Of a stretch of DNA of 64,000 bases, positions 51,740 to 64,000 are shown in pieces. The notes beneath the pieces were generated by a model that had not been told where the DNA came from, ran no database searches, and was given only the letters and a program-made list of their open reading frames with translations. A program made the translations under genes and the position numbers. This DNA comes from Chiloscyllium plagiosum (taxonomy: Eukaryota). Location of the stretch: positions 94,507,145 to 94,571,144 of the forward strand of contig NC_057710.1 of the NCBI RefSeq assembly GCF_004010195.1, given 5' to 3'. Each line of letters begins with the position of its first letter. Within the stretch, counting starts at the first letter, position 1.

Positions 51740-52930
51740 AAGCTGTAGCAGACATTTAAGCGTATTTGTTCTAATTTTTAAGTAAGATATATTCATTGAG
51801 GAAGAAACGCTCAATGAGAAAGTGACACTGCAGTCACAACTGGAAAGGAAAGGCAAAGATTAGTGGTAAGCCAGAAAATTGGGAAGGTTTTAGAAACAAG
51901 CTAAGGATGACTAAAATGAAGAGGTTAGAATGTGAGTGTAAAATAACTAGAAATATAAAGCAACCATTAAGAGCTTCTACAGGTAAATAAAATGGAAAAG
52001 AGTAGGTGAACTTATTATTGGTACTTTAAATAATCAAACTTGGAAATAAGGAAATGACAGAGACTTTGTGCCACCATTTTGTGTCTGTCTTTCCAGTAGA
52101 AAACAAGCATCTAAGGAAAAATAGTTGAAGAACAAAGGGGTAGAAGTGAGGGCAGAACTTGAAACAATCACTATTATATGAGAGAGAATTCTTGAAAAAT
52201 GAATTAATCTAAAAGCTGACAAGTTCCGATCATTGTTGACCTGCATCCTCAGGTATTTAAAGAAGCTCCTGGAGAGATACTGGATCCATTGATTATTATC
52301 TTCCAAACTGTCCTTGATCTGAGGATTGAAAATCCACAAAAATAATAGTTTTATTCAAGGAAAGAACGGAGACAAAAAGCTGTTACAAGTCAAAGAGCCT
52401 AAATCTGTTCATGGGAAAGTGCTTGGATCCATTATTAAGGAAGTAGAGGACATTCGGAGCAATTTAATGCACTTAGGAAGTCAGCATGTTTTTCTGATGT
52501 GCTTGATAAAGTACTTTGAGAATGTAATAAGTAGGGTGTACAGGGTGTACACATAGTATATTTGGATTTCCAAAAGACATTTGATAACGTGCCTCAGAAA
52601 TGGTGACCCTTCTACATAAAATGAGATTATCAAGTTGGGGGGGTATATTAAGATAGGTAAGGGATTGGCTAGCTAAAAAGAAACAGTCAGAATAGATGGC
52701 TCTTTCTGGTCGGCAAATTGTAACTAATGGAGTCACACAGTGGTCAATGCTGAGGCCTTGACTATTTACAATCTATATTATTGACTTAGGAGAAAAGAAT
52801 GAGTGAGTCAGAGTTTTAATAGGAGAGAATCCAGGGTATAAGGAGCAGGCAGAAATTTGAAGCTAAGGCCTCAATCAATCAGCCGCAGGCAGACTTAAAG
52901 GGTCATAATGGCCTACCTCTGTTATTGTAT
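51740..52930 (+). mobile_element. Degenerate CR1 ORF2 to 3' end
   Basis: KSFYRYIK-like, SQHVF, LDFQK.FD and 3' UTR remnants. Confidence 0.75.
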
Positions 52931-53666
52931 GTGTTATGTTCAATAAACGGTCTCCATTTAAATGCCTCGTTAAAACAACACCAGCTTCAGTGCTCCCTCA
53001 GAAATCCATTTAACTGTCAACCCAGATTGTGTTATAGTGGGACTTAACGCTGTAACCACATGACTCAAGGCTGTTTGTAAAGTTGTGATTTTTCAAGAAA
53101 CCAAAACCTCTGCAGGAGTTCTTCAGAGTAGTGTCCTAGGGATGACCACCTTCAGCTGCTTCATCAATGAACTTCCCTTCATCATGAGCTCAAAAGTGGG
53201 GATTGCACAATGTGCAGCACCATTCCAAATACTCATGCATTGAAGCAGTCCAAGTTTAAATGCAGCAAGACTTGGACAATATCCAGGCTTGGACTAACAA
53301 GTGGGAAATGACATTTGCGGCACACAAGTGGCGGACAATGACTGTCTCCGAGCTTAAAGTGAGAGGGGAGAGATTTATAAAGGACCTGAGGGGTAAGTTT
53401 TTCATGCAGACGCTAGTGCATGTATGGAGCAAGCTACCAAAGGAAATGGAGGTTACGGGTGTAATTTTAACATTTAAAAGGCATCTGGATGCATAAATCA
53501 GAACATTTTCATTTTCCAGACCCTTCTGTAGAAAGGTCACTAGAACCAGAACATTAACTCTGATTTCTCTCCACAGTTGCTGCCAGATGTTGAGATTTTC
53601 CAGAAATTTCTGTTTTTGTTGTGATTTTCAAGTATGGACTGATGCTGTTCTGCTTTCAGTTGACTT

Positions 53667-54830
53667 TGAATTGAATTGAGTTTATTGTCACGTGTACCGA
53701 AGCACAGTGTCTTGTGAGCAGGTCACATAGTTAAATAGCATAGATAAGCAAATAACAGGTAAACAGCGGCAAAAACAAAAACACAGTAACAGGCGAATAT
53801 TAAGAGTTTATAAGTCCATGCAGTATTCTAACAACAGTAGGGTAGAAACTGTTACGAAACTGGCTTGTGCATGTTCAGGCTTCTGTACCTTCTATGGTAG
53901 AAGTTGTAAAGAAACACTGCCAGGATGGGATGGATCTTTGAGAATGCTGGCGGCCTTTCCTTGACAGAGTGCCTGGCAGATGGATTCTATAGATGGGAGG
54001 TTGGTCTTTGGGATTGTCTGGGCCGAGTTCACCACTCTCTGTAACTGTCTCCGATCTTGAATGGTACAGTTGCCATACCAGGTAGTGATGCATCCAGACA
54101 GAATACTCTCGATGGTGCACCTTTAAAAGTTGGCAAAGGTATTTGCCGTCATGCCAAATTTCCTCTGCTACCTGAGGAAGAAGAGACGTTATTGGGCCTT
54201 TTTAACCAGTGCATCCACATGAGGAGTCCAAGAAAGCTTGTGGATGACCACTCTCAGGAGCTTGACACTCTCCACTCATTCCACCTCTGTGCTGTAATGT
54301 GTAGGGGGCATGAGTAGCATCCCGCCGAAAGTCAATGATGAGTTCCTTGGTTTTGCTAGCATTGAGAGCTAGGTTGTTGTCAGTGCACCATTTTTCCAGG
54401 TCTTCCACTTCCCATCTGAAGTCTGTTTCATCACCATCTGAGATTCGACCGACCAAGGTGGTGTCATCAGCGAACTTGTAAATGGCATTAGTCTGGTACT
54501 TAGCGACGCAGTCATGGGTATACGGTGAATACAATAGGGAGCTGAGTACACACCCCTGGGGGGGCTCTAGTGTTGAGTGTTAGTGAGGATGAAATATTGT
54601 TCCCAATCTTCACTGATTGTGGCCTGTGGGTCAAGAAACTGAGGATCCAATTGCAGAGAGTGGGGCTTAGTCAGAGATCACTAAGTTTAGTAATCAGTCT
54701 GTAGGGGGTAATAGTGTTGAAGGCTGAACTGTAATCATTGAGTAGGATTCTTATGTAGCTGTTCTTGGTGTCAAGATACTCTAGGGAGGAGTGAAGGTTA
54801 AGTGATATGGCATCTGACATGGATCTGTTC
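53667..54830 (-). mobile_element. Rex1/Babar-clade LINE, 5'-truncated
   Basis: [70 protein letters not shown]; AATAAA plus (CAATT)n tail; another tail fragment at ~26990-27135 (+). Confidence 0.9.
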
Positions 54831-55239
54831 AGCCTCTCCTCTCACTCAAGCCCTCCAACCCTGGCAACATCCTTGTAAATCTATTCTGCATCCTTTCAAG
54901 TTTCCCAACATCTGATCGGAAAAGGTTTTTTTCAGATTCTTAAAAAAGAAAAGAATTAACAGTGTGTTGCTTCCATAGAAAATACATTGGGGAATTAGTA
55001 ATTGAGGATAAAGAGAGCAGACAAATTGAACAGGTACTTTGCTGTGGTCTTCGCTAACAAGAATACAAGCAACATCACAGAAATAGCTGTAACTTAGAAA
55101 TTGAAAGAGAGCAAAAAAACTTAAAATTACAGTTACCAGAGAAGAAGTACTGAATTAACTGTTGGAACTGTGAGTTGATATATCCTAGGTCCTGATGGAT
55201 TTCATCCTACAGTTTAAAAGAAGTAGCTCGTGAGACTTG

Positions 55240-56947
55240 GTGTAAAATCAAAAATTGCTGTGTAATGAGGCAGGAATAATTAATGATCTCACAGTTCGGG
55301 ATCCTCTTGGAAGGAGCGATCACAGTATGGTTGAAGTTAGAATACAGATGGAAAGTGCGAAGATAAAATCCAATACTTGTGTCCTGTGCTTAAATAAAGA
55401 AGACTACAATAAGATGAAGGAGGAGTTGACTAAAGTAGACTGGAAGCAAAGACTTTATGGTGGGACAGTTGACGAACAGTGGAGGATTTTCAAAGCAATT
55501 TTTCAAAGTGCTCAGCAAAAGCATTTACCAATGAAATGGAAGGACTGTAGGAAAAGGGGTAATCTGCCATGGGTGTCTAAGGAAATAAGGGAGGCTATCA
55601 AAGTGAAAGAGAAGGCATACAACGTGGCATAGACTAGCTGGAAACTAGAAGATTGGGAAAACTTTAAAGATCAACAGAAATGTCATCGCTAAAAATGCTA
55701 GAAAGAAAAGTAAGAGAGATTATAAAAGTAAACTAGCTCAGAATATAAAGACATAACAAATGTTTCTACAAAAAATATAAAATGAAAAAGAGTAGCTAAG
55801 GTAAACTTTGGTCAGTAAACAGAGGATGAGAAGAGGGATTTAGTAATGGGATATGAGGAAATGACCAAGGCATTTAACAGATATTTTGTGTCGGTCTTCA
55901 GTGTGGAGGGCATGAATAACATGCCAGTAATTGACAAGGAGACTAAGGTAGGTGAGGACCTAGAACCAATATTATCACAAAAGAGGTAGTGTTGGGCAAG
56001 CTAATGGTACTCAAGGTAAACAAGTTTCCTGACCCTAATATATCCCAGGGTACTAAAAGAGACGGCGGGAGACATAGCAAACACACTTGTAGTAATTTTT
56101 CAAAATTCTCTGGGTTCTCGGACAGTTCCAGCAGATTGGAAAACAGCAAATGTGATGCCACTGTTTAAGAAAGGAGATAGTCAAAAGATGAGGAATTATA
56201 GACCGGTTAGCTTAATTTCTGTAGTGGGAAAAATACTTGAACTTATTAAGGAAGAAATAGCAAGACATCTCGATAGGAACTGTACCGTTGGGCAGACGTA
56301 GTGTGGGTTCGTGAAGGGCAGGTCATGCTTACCTAATCTACTGGAATTCTATGAAAACATTATGAGCACAGTGGACAACAGTAACCCAATAGATGTGGTG
56401 TATTTAGATTTCCAAAAAGCATTCATCAGAGTGCTGCACAAAAAAAATTGCTGCATAAGATAAAGATGCATGGCGTTACAGGCAATGTATTAGCACGGAG
56501 AGAGAATTGGTTAACTAACAGGAAGCAAAGTGTGGGGATAAATGAGTGATTTTTCTGGTTGGCAATCCCTGGGGTGCCTCAGGGATCAGTGTTGGGACCA
56601 CAGTTATTCACAATTTACATAGATGATTTGGAGTTGCGGACTATGTGTAGCGTGTCGAAGTTTGCAGATGACACTCGGATGAGTGGTAGAGCAAAAGGTG
56701 CAGAGCACTCTGAAACTTTGCAAAGGGACATAGTTTAAGTGAGTGGGCAATGGTCTGGCAAATTGAGTACAATGTTAGTAATGTGAAGTCATCTGTTTTG
56801 GTAGGAATAACAGTAAAAAAAGACTATTATTTGAACGGTAAAAAAATTGCAGCATGCAGATTTGCAGAGGGACCTGGGTGTCCTTTTGCATGAATCACAG
56901 AAGGTTGGTCTGCAGGTATAACAGGTAATTAAGAAGGTAAATGGAAA
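55240..56947 (+). mobile_element. Second CR1 ORF2 segment (endonuclease end through RT) nested in the older CR1
   Basis: VRDPLGRSDHSMVE, DWKTANVMPLFKKG, YLDFQKAF, GVPQGSVLGP, SKFADDT. Confidence 0.88.
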
Positions 56948-57519
56948 CTACAGGTCAGTTAGCTTATCATATATCATTGGGAAAATGTTACATCATATTA
57001 TTAAAGATGTTATAAAAGGGCACTTGCATAAAATCAACAAAATCAGGCAGAGCCAACATGGTTTTTCAAAGCGAAATCATGTTTACTAATTTGTTGGAGT
57101 TCATTGTAGGAGTAACATTTGCTGTAAATAAAAGGGAACCACTGGGTGCATTATACTTAGATATCCAGAAGGCATTTGATGAAGTTCCACATCAAAGATT
57201 ATTGCAGAAAATAAAAACTCATGGTGCTGGAGGTAACATATTAGCATATTAGAAGATTGGCTGACTAACAGGAAGCAACAAGTAGGAATAAATGGGTCTT
57301 TGTCAGGCTGCTAAGATGTCATGAATGATGTACCACAGGGGTCAGTGCTCTTTACAATTTATATAAATGATTTCGATGAAAGGATTGAGCATATAGAAGC
57401 TAAATTTTCTGATGGCACAAAGATAGGTAAGAAAATGAGTTGTGAAGAGGACATAGGTTCCTACAAAGAGATATAGATAGGTTCTGAGCGGGCAAAAATC
57501 GAGCAAAAGGAGTGTAATG

Positions 57520-59045
57520 TCTCAGGACTGTCCACTTTTTCCTGAAAAAAAAAGCCTTGAACCATCCCCATCCACCACCATCACCCTCTGCCTCATCGAG
57601 CTTGTCCTCATTCTGAACAATGTCTCCTTTAACACCTCTCGCTTTGTTCAGATCAAACATGTGACCGTGGATACCTGCGTGGGCCCCAGCTTTGCTTGTT
57701 TCTTGTGGGGTACGTGAAACATTCCTTGTTCCAATCCTACTTGGGGGTCCATCCCACAACTCTTTTCTCTGATACATCGTGGTGCTTTCCTCTCTTCCAG
57801 AATAGCAATTTTGCCTCCAATTTCCACCCTGCTCTCACTTTCACCTGATCCATTTCTGTTTCCTATTTTCCCTTCCTCGACATCTCTGTTTCCATTTCTG
57901 GGGATAAGCTGGCCACCTGCATCCACTGCAAATTCACTATCTCTCTCAGTTACCTTTTGATAATATCAGCTTCCACAAGGGGACCACTGAAATGGCCACC
58001 TTTTTCCTCAACCGATGATTCCCACCACTATGAATGACAGGGTCCTTAAATGTGTCTGACCCACCTCCTGCACTTCTGCCCTCACCCCTTCTGTTCCCGC
58101 CACAACAGAGATAGGGTTCTCCAGTCTTCACACTTCATCCCACCAGCATCAACATCCAAAGGATAATAAATTGCCAATTTTGCCACTTCCAGCAAAATGT
58201 CACCACCAGACACACATCTCTCTCCACTCCCTTGTCAGCCTTCCTTTCCCTATGCAACTACTTGGTCCAGTCCTCCTCCACGCTCTGTACCTTCCCACAT
58301 TCCCATGACACCTTTCCATGCAAATGTATAAGATGTAACACATGTCCCTTTACTTCCTCCTCCTTCATCGTCCAAGACCCCAGGCACACCTTCCAGGTAA
58401 AGAAGTAATTTATCTACACATCACTCAATCTAGTCTCCTGTATTTTGCTCACAATGTGGTCTCCTCAACAGTAAGAAGACAAAATGCAAACTGGGTGACC
58501 ACTTTGCGTAAAATCTACATTTCGGCTGCAACAATGACCCTGAGCTTCTGGTTGCCTGCCACCATGTTCTCTGGTCAACATCTCGCTCAGGTTCACTGCA
58601 GCACTCCAGCAAAGCTTAGTGCAAACTGGAAGAGCAGAATCTCATTTTCTGCTTGGGATCTTGCAGCCTTCAGGAAGTCATATAGAGTTCCATAATTTTA
58701 GGGCCTGAGTATCATCTTCCTTGTCCTTTCCCCAGCCCTCTCATCACATGGGCTGCTACCACAACCAACTCATGGTCAGCTACTAATGGTCCCCATTAGC
58801 AGCAATTTATTCTCCTAGACTAACCATTACCTATTCTTTTGTCTGCCCGACTGCTATTCTCTTTTTCTCTGGGCCCCTCTCTACCCATTGTTTACTCCTC
58901 CCCCCTCCCCATCTTCAGCATGTACACCATTTCCTAGCTACAATCAGTCCTGAAGAAGTCGTCACTGGATCTGAAACATTTAACTCTGCTTTCTCTCCAC
59001 AGTTACTGCCACAAGTTTCTTCAGCGATTTCTGTTTTTGTCTCAA
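57520..59045 (+). mobile_element. Penelope-like element (family C): RT + GIY-YIG remnants and hammerhead-bearing 3' UTR
   Basis: ELVLILNNVSFNTSRFVQIKHVTVDTCVGPSFAC (PLE RT, degenerate GVAMGT.MGPS); frameshifted GIY-YIG at ~58410-58520; CTGAAGA...GAAAC at 58950-58977. Confidence 0.82.
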
Positions 59046-62000
59046 AAGGTTACTTTGCAGTTATACCAAGTAATCAAGAAAGCAAATGGCACGTTATTTT
59101 TATTACGAAGGGAATTCAATGAAAAATTATGAAGGTTATGCGTCAGTTATACAGGTCACTGATGAGATGACATCTGGAGTACTGTGGAAAGTACTGTTCA
59201 CCACACACCATGCAGTTCAAACAAGGTTTACTAAACTAATACCTAGAATGAGCAAACTGTCTTGTGAGGAAAGGCTAGGCAGAGAAGCATTTATTGTCTG
59301 AAGTTTAGAAGACTTAGAAGTAAATTAATTGGAGCATAAGATCATAAGCGGACTTGATCGGGTAGCTGTGGAAAGGATGTTCTTCTTGTGGGAGAATCTA
59401 GAACTCGGGATCATCGTGTAAAAATAAGGATCCACCCATTTAAGGCAGAGATGAGGGGAAAAGGAAAATTTTTGAGGGTTGTACATTGTTGGACTTCCCT
59501 AACTCAAGGCAATGGATGCAAAAGCTTTAAATATTTTTAAGCAAGCAGTAGATATATTCTTGGTCACAAAGGAGTGAAAGATTATTGGGGGCACGTAAGA
59601 ATGTAGAGTTGAAGTTCAAATCAAATCAGCCATGATCTTATTGAATGGCAAAGCAAGCTCATTTATACTTGTTCCTTGTTTTTAATCTTCATGTAACAGA
59701 GCAGAAAGGACAAACTTTGTATAATGTTTTTATCCTTTGGTCATCAAATTCAATGATTGTTTTTGGTCCAAGGATAGTCACTGTTGGAGTGGGAATAAAA
59801 GTGATGTTTCAGTCAAGAGGGAGCAAAGTTATTTTAAGTATTGGAGATAGTCAAGTTTGAGGGGAGGGTTTCCCCAACATTGATTTTGATTGTGTTATTA
59901 ATTTGATGTGTTATAAATTTTTGGAAACTTGTAATGGTATGTGTGAGAAAACATTATTGCCACTGCTTGATCTTTGGAAGCTATTTTAAGCAATCTGATT
60001 TTTCCTGTTTTTAAACAAAAAATAGGTGTTTGTTGGGTAAGTGACTTTTTAGTTTGAATTGCTCATTTAAAAAAGATCAAAACAGCCTATTCTGTGCCTT
60101 CAAATATGTAACAGATGGAAGACTTTTAGTGGAATGGTAGATGCGATTGGGAACGTTTGAGGGGCTTTCAAATAAGCATGTGAATACATAAGGAATGGAG
60201 GGATATGGACCAAGAACCAGCAGAAAGGATTAGTTTAATTTGGAGTCATGTTTGGCACGACATTGAGCTAAAGAGCCCATTCTGTGCTGTGTTGTTCTAT
60301 GTTCTATAAACAGAATGTTGTGCTTTCTAATAACATGAAAATGTGAAATTGATATTGTTTCATTTTAAATTTAACTCTCTTTAAACAAAGTTGTCTGAAA
60401 TATTGTTTCAATGTATTGTTCAATTATTGTTTGAAACAGTATATAGATTTTCATTTTCAAAGGCAGTTTAATTATTAGATGCCATGTCTTATGAAGTCAA
60501 GTCATCCTTTCCTGCATAACATGGATAGTGAATAAGTAAAACAATAGATAGTTAAGCCTACATATGGATGGTTTCAGGAATGGCACAAATAGGGGATAAA
60601 AAGAGAACTGTTTATTAAATGCTTCTAAAATAAACTATTCTAAGTTTAAATACTGCACCAATCTGAAGTGATGTGTTAAGCTTCAAGACATGCTGCAATT
60701 ATAGATGCACCATCATAAATGTAAATTTAAATTCATGAATGAGAGATCTGGAGGTATATCTGGGCAAATGTTTTAAGCCCTAAGTGGTAGTTGCTGTACC
60801 CTGGGCATTGTACCAATCCTACCAGTTGACAACTGGGGTATCAATTTTTATTTGGTCAATTGTGCCAAAGTGAGACAATACCCTGAACCTCCAAACTGCT
60901 CTCATCAAAATAATTACATATATCTACATAAGACAAACTATTTTCAGAAAACATTGAGATTTATGGGAGGGAAGGGAGAGGAAAGGGAGGAAATCTAGTC
61001 AATCAGTGGCTGTTAAAGAGGCCCTTTTAAAAACAAGCCCATCACTCATCCATGAGCCGCAATGATTTAAATCTTCCCATCATGTCTTAAACATGCAATG
61101 AAAGAGCCTGTAAGGTTTATTACAGCTTGTTCTTGTGCCACAATAAAAGTATATGAAAGTACTTATAATCCTATCCTTGTGGATTTGTTCACCCAAATGT
61201 GAAAAAATAAATAATTACAATTTTCACTCAAGACTTTTCACCCTGCTCAAATATCTTTCTAGACACATCTGTCAAACATGTTTTGGTGCTTGTCTGGAAC
61301 AGAGATACACTTGGGTATACTCCACAGCTGAGATCTGAAAATTTACAGGCACTGTCAAGTTGAGCATATAATGATTAATTTGGTGACAATATCAGTTGGG
61401 AGGATACCAGCTGTTTTAATGTTAATAGAGGAATCTCAAGATTTTGAGAAAGAAAATGTGCAGATCTATAATCATCAATGTTAATTTTAAACCATTAAGA
61501 TTAATAAATTGCAAGTCATTTGGTGATGCAGTAAATACGGAAGTGTAGCTAAAATAGATCATGAACATATTGTCTTTCTTTTTAATCTATCTTTAACAAG
61601 TAATTGCAAAAAAATGTGAAAGACACTTCTTGTAGAAGTCGAATGGTACTTCGTTGTGAGCTATAAAAATGATGCATTTACCTTGATTGCTATCTGTAAT
61701 CTAACTCTCCTCATGGTGCATCTTACATGATGGAAAAAGGTTTGTTTTGACTGCAGTTTTAACAAGCAGCTGAAGCATGTCACATCATTTGGAAGATGAA
61801 AGCTATTTTTATTGCATGGCACTTGATGACAGATATTGTCAGCCAGTCAAAAGAGAGAATAAATAAATATATATTTCATTTTTCAAACTTGTTGATTGCT
61901 ATTGCACAAAACTGTTCTATAATAGGGTGGCAGATATGTAATTCACACATTATAGTAAAAACAAACTGGCAATCTAAAATAAAAGTGGAATTTGCTGAAA

Positions 62001-62164
62001 ATACTCACTATGTACATTGATAAAAAGCAAAATATGTTAATGTTTTAAATGCAGACCCTGTATCGCAAATTAAAAGTTGAAAATATTTAGCCTCTTTTAG
62101 GGATATGACAAATGGGCAGGGAAACAACAAATATAAGAGTCAAATAGAATGACATATTACAGAG

Positions 62165-62470
62165 GAACTGCAAATGGGTTTAACATAGAACAAATCCCTC
62201 AAGCACACTCGGCGATTCAATTCCCAACAAAAACCTATCATCCTTGTGTCAAATTTTAATTGGCCTAGGACTTATAACCTTTTGGGGAAGGGAGTTCTGG
62301 ATTTCAGCTGCTTTTTTTATGAAGACATGCTTCCTGATTGCTCCTCGAATGTGAAATTCAATTTTTAAGACTGTGCCTCCTTGTTCACAACTCTTCCAGC
62401 AAAGGAAGTGTTTCTCTAATTCTATTCTATTATGTCTCTTCATTGAGTTAACCACCAACATTTCCATTTG
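62165..62470 (-). mobile_element. Degenerate CR1 3' end
   Basis: Minus-strand RKHVFIKKAAEIQNSLPQKV motif. Confidence 0.65.
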
Positions 62471-62539
62471 TATCACACAAGTGCATGGTAATAACCACCT
62501 CAAACAAAAGAGAATCTAACCATTATGTCCCCTTCCCAT

Positions 62540-62940
62540 TCAATTAAATTACAACCACTCTATTTCCCACTATCAACATTCTGGAGTTTACCATTCAGCA
62601 GAAATTGAACTGGACAGCTATTTAAATATTGTGTCTACAATAGCAAGTTAGACTTTAGGAATTCTGCTGCAAGAAAGTCATCTCCGGACTCCCTAAATTC
62701 AGGTACAAGTCAGGAGTGTGATGGAATGCTGACCACTTGTCTGGATGAATGCAGCTCCAGCAACACTCTAGAAGCTTGATACCATCCAGAACAAACCTTG
62801 ATGACTACACCATCCACCAACTTTAACATTCATGCTCTCCACCATCTTGAAGATGTACTGTAGCAGTTCCCCAAGGCTTCTTTGACAGCACCAACTAACC
62901 TAGAATGACAAGGCTAGTGGAAAAGTAGGAATGCAACCTA
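62540..62940 (+). mobile_element. L2/CR1-group LINE fragment (same family as 24120-26620)
   Basis: caagtcaggagtgtgatggaat...tggatgaatgcagctccagcaacactc is the inverse of ~24290-24420; other pieces at ~38860-39180 and ~16310-16460. Confidence 0.7.
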
Positions 62941-63670
62941 CTAGAAAATCTAGTAATTTAATCTGGTGAAAAACTAGATTAAATAAAATAGTATTTAATG
63001 ATTTGTATATATGGACACTTAAATCAGTTTCTTCTCTCCCCACTAAGAAAACCAAATTGGAATATTTTCTCGGATCTGAATTGGATGGCCTCCTATTTTC
63101 CTACATTGAATTCCACATATCAAAATTTAGTCACTCAGGAAAATTTTCAAAGGATAAAGACTGTCATCTCTCAACTTACTGTGCCCGCTTAGCTTTATGT
63201 TAGCTTTGGATATAGATATACAACTCTTAATTACTTCATCTATTTGATTAATATATCTGGTGAAATATTGCAGTCCCGGCATAGATCCTAGAGAATATCA
63301 CTTCCTGTCGTTCTTATCTCCAATGTATTACCAACCCATGTTACAAGATTATTCAGCTCCATGTGTTTTCACTGTTGCCAATAATCTCCTGTATGGAATT
63401 TTATCAGATATCTTCTTGAAGTCCACACAGAGAACATTGGTATTCCCTGATCCACCATATTAGTGGTCACCTCAAATTTTAACTAAATTCATGAGATATG
63501 CCTATCATTCCCAATTTAAACTACTTTTTCATCAGCCTGTTTTGCTTTTGATGGTAAATTCAAATAATCTTCTCACAGTAAGGGTAGAATTTTCCCAGGC
63601 AATGGTGCACCAGTTTGAAAAATATGGCAAGATCAGAAAAATAAGATTCTCGAGGCCAAGAAAAAAGTAA

Positions 63671-63908
63671 AGTTAAAAATCACACAACACCAGGTTATAG
63701 TCCAACAGGTTTAATTGGAAGCACACTAGCTTTCGGAGCGACGCTCCTTCATCAGGTGATTTCATCAGATGATCATCAGATGATCATCAGATGATCAGGA
63801 GCGTCGCTCCAAAAGATAGTGTGCTTCCAATTAAACCTGTTGGACTATAACCTGTGTTGTGTGATTTTTAACTTTGTACACCCCAGTCCAACACCGGCAT
63901 CTCCAACT
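63671..63908. mobile_element. Palindromic PLE-type mini-element (family D), young copy
   Basis: Perfect 14-bp TSD CAAGAAAAAAGTAA at 63657-63670 and 63909-63922; arms near-identical to 35563-35764. Confidence 0.88.
63727..63755 (-). ncRNA. Putative minimal hammerhead ribozyme (family D)
   Basis: Minus strand cac-CTGATGA-a-GGAGC-gtc-GCTCC-GAAA-gc-TA-gtg. Confidence 0.65.
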
Positions 63909-64000
63909 CAAGAAAAAAGTAATGTTTTGTGACGTGTGGGAAGGAAAAAACGTTAATGAAATTCTCATCCTTTGAACAACTGTAGAAAGAAGCGATTGCA

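Larger units (their letters stand above)
54930..59680 (+). mobile_element. Old CR1 split into three pieces (54930-55240, 56948-57516, 59046-59680) by nested insertions
   Basis: Collinear ORF2 motifs across the pieces (GPDGFHP.VLKE, NYRSVSL, YLDIQKAFDEVPHQRLL, 3' UTR). Boundaries approximate. Confidence 0.75.

Noticed and set aside
63761-63797. CRISPR-like or C/D-box snoRNA reading of the TGATGA/CTGA repeats
   Set aside because: No spacers, eukaryotic context, and the motifs are explained by the hammerhead core of a mobile element.
45894-64000. Next ATP8A1 exon (TM10, AxMLFSSGVFWMGL-like)
   Set aside because: Not found by eye; probably beyond the window given the large introns, so not evidence of gene truncation.

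Overview
AT-rich vertebrate genomic DNA, inferred to be shark because of the HE1-type V-SINEs, HER1-type CR1 LINEs and Deu-domain SINEs. The only host gene is an internal segment of the P4-ATPase phospholipid flippase ATP8A1 on the + strand. Six GT-AG exons (6558-6632, 7885-8007, 27765-27843, 29359-29420, 38067-38123, 45786-45893) splice in frame to 504 nt / 168 aa, covering roughly TM5-TM9; the start and end of the gene lie outside the window. The rest is intron, densely filled with decayed retroelements: CR1, an L2/CR1-group LINE, Rex1/Babar, several SINEs, a solo LTR and many Penelope-like element (PLE) pieces. Most ORFs in the supplied track are transposon remnants or noise. The most interesting signal is a set of about a dozen minimal hammerhead-ribozyme motifs (CUGANGA-x-stem II-GAAA-NN-UH) from four different PLE-type families. 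Several exist as tiny (~100-240 bp) insertions flanked by target-site duplications (TSDs). They consist of little more than the ribozyme plus a short tail, some are palindromic, and their boundary repeatedly falls at the CUGANGA box. All repeat family names come from recall and manual inspection; no database search was run.
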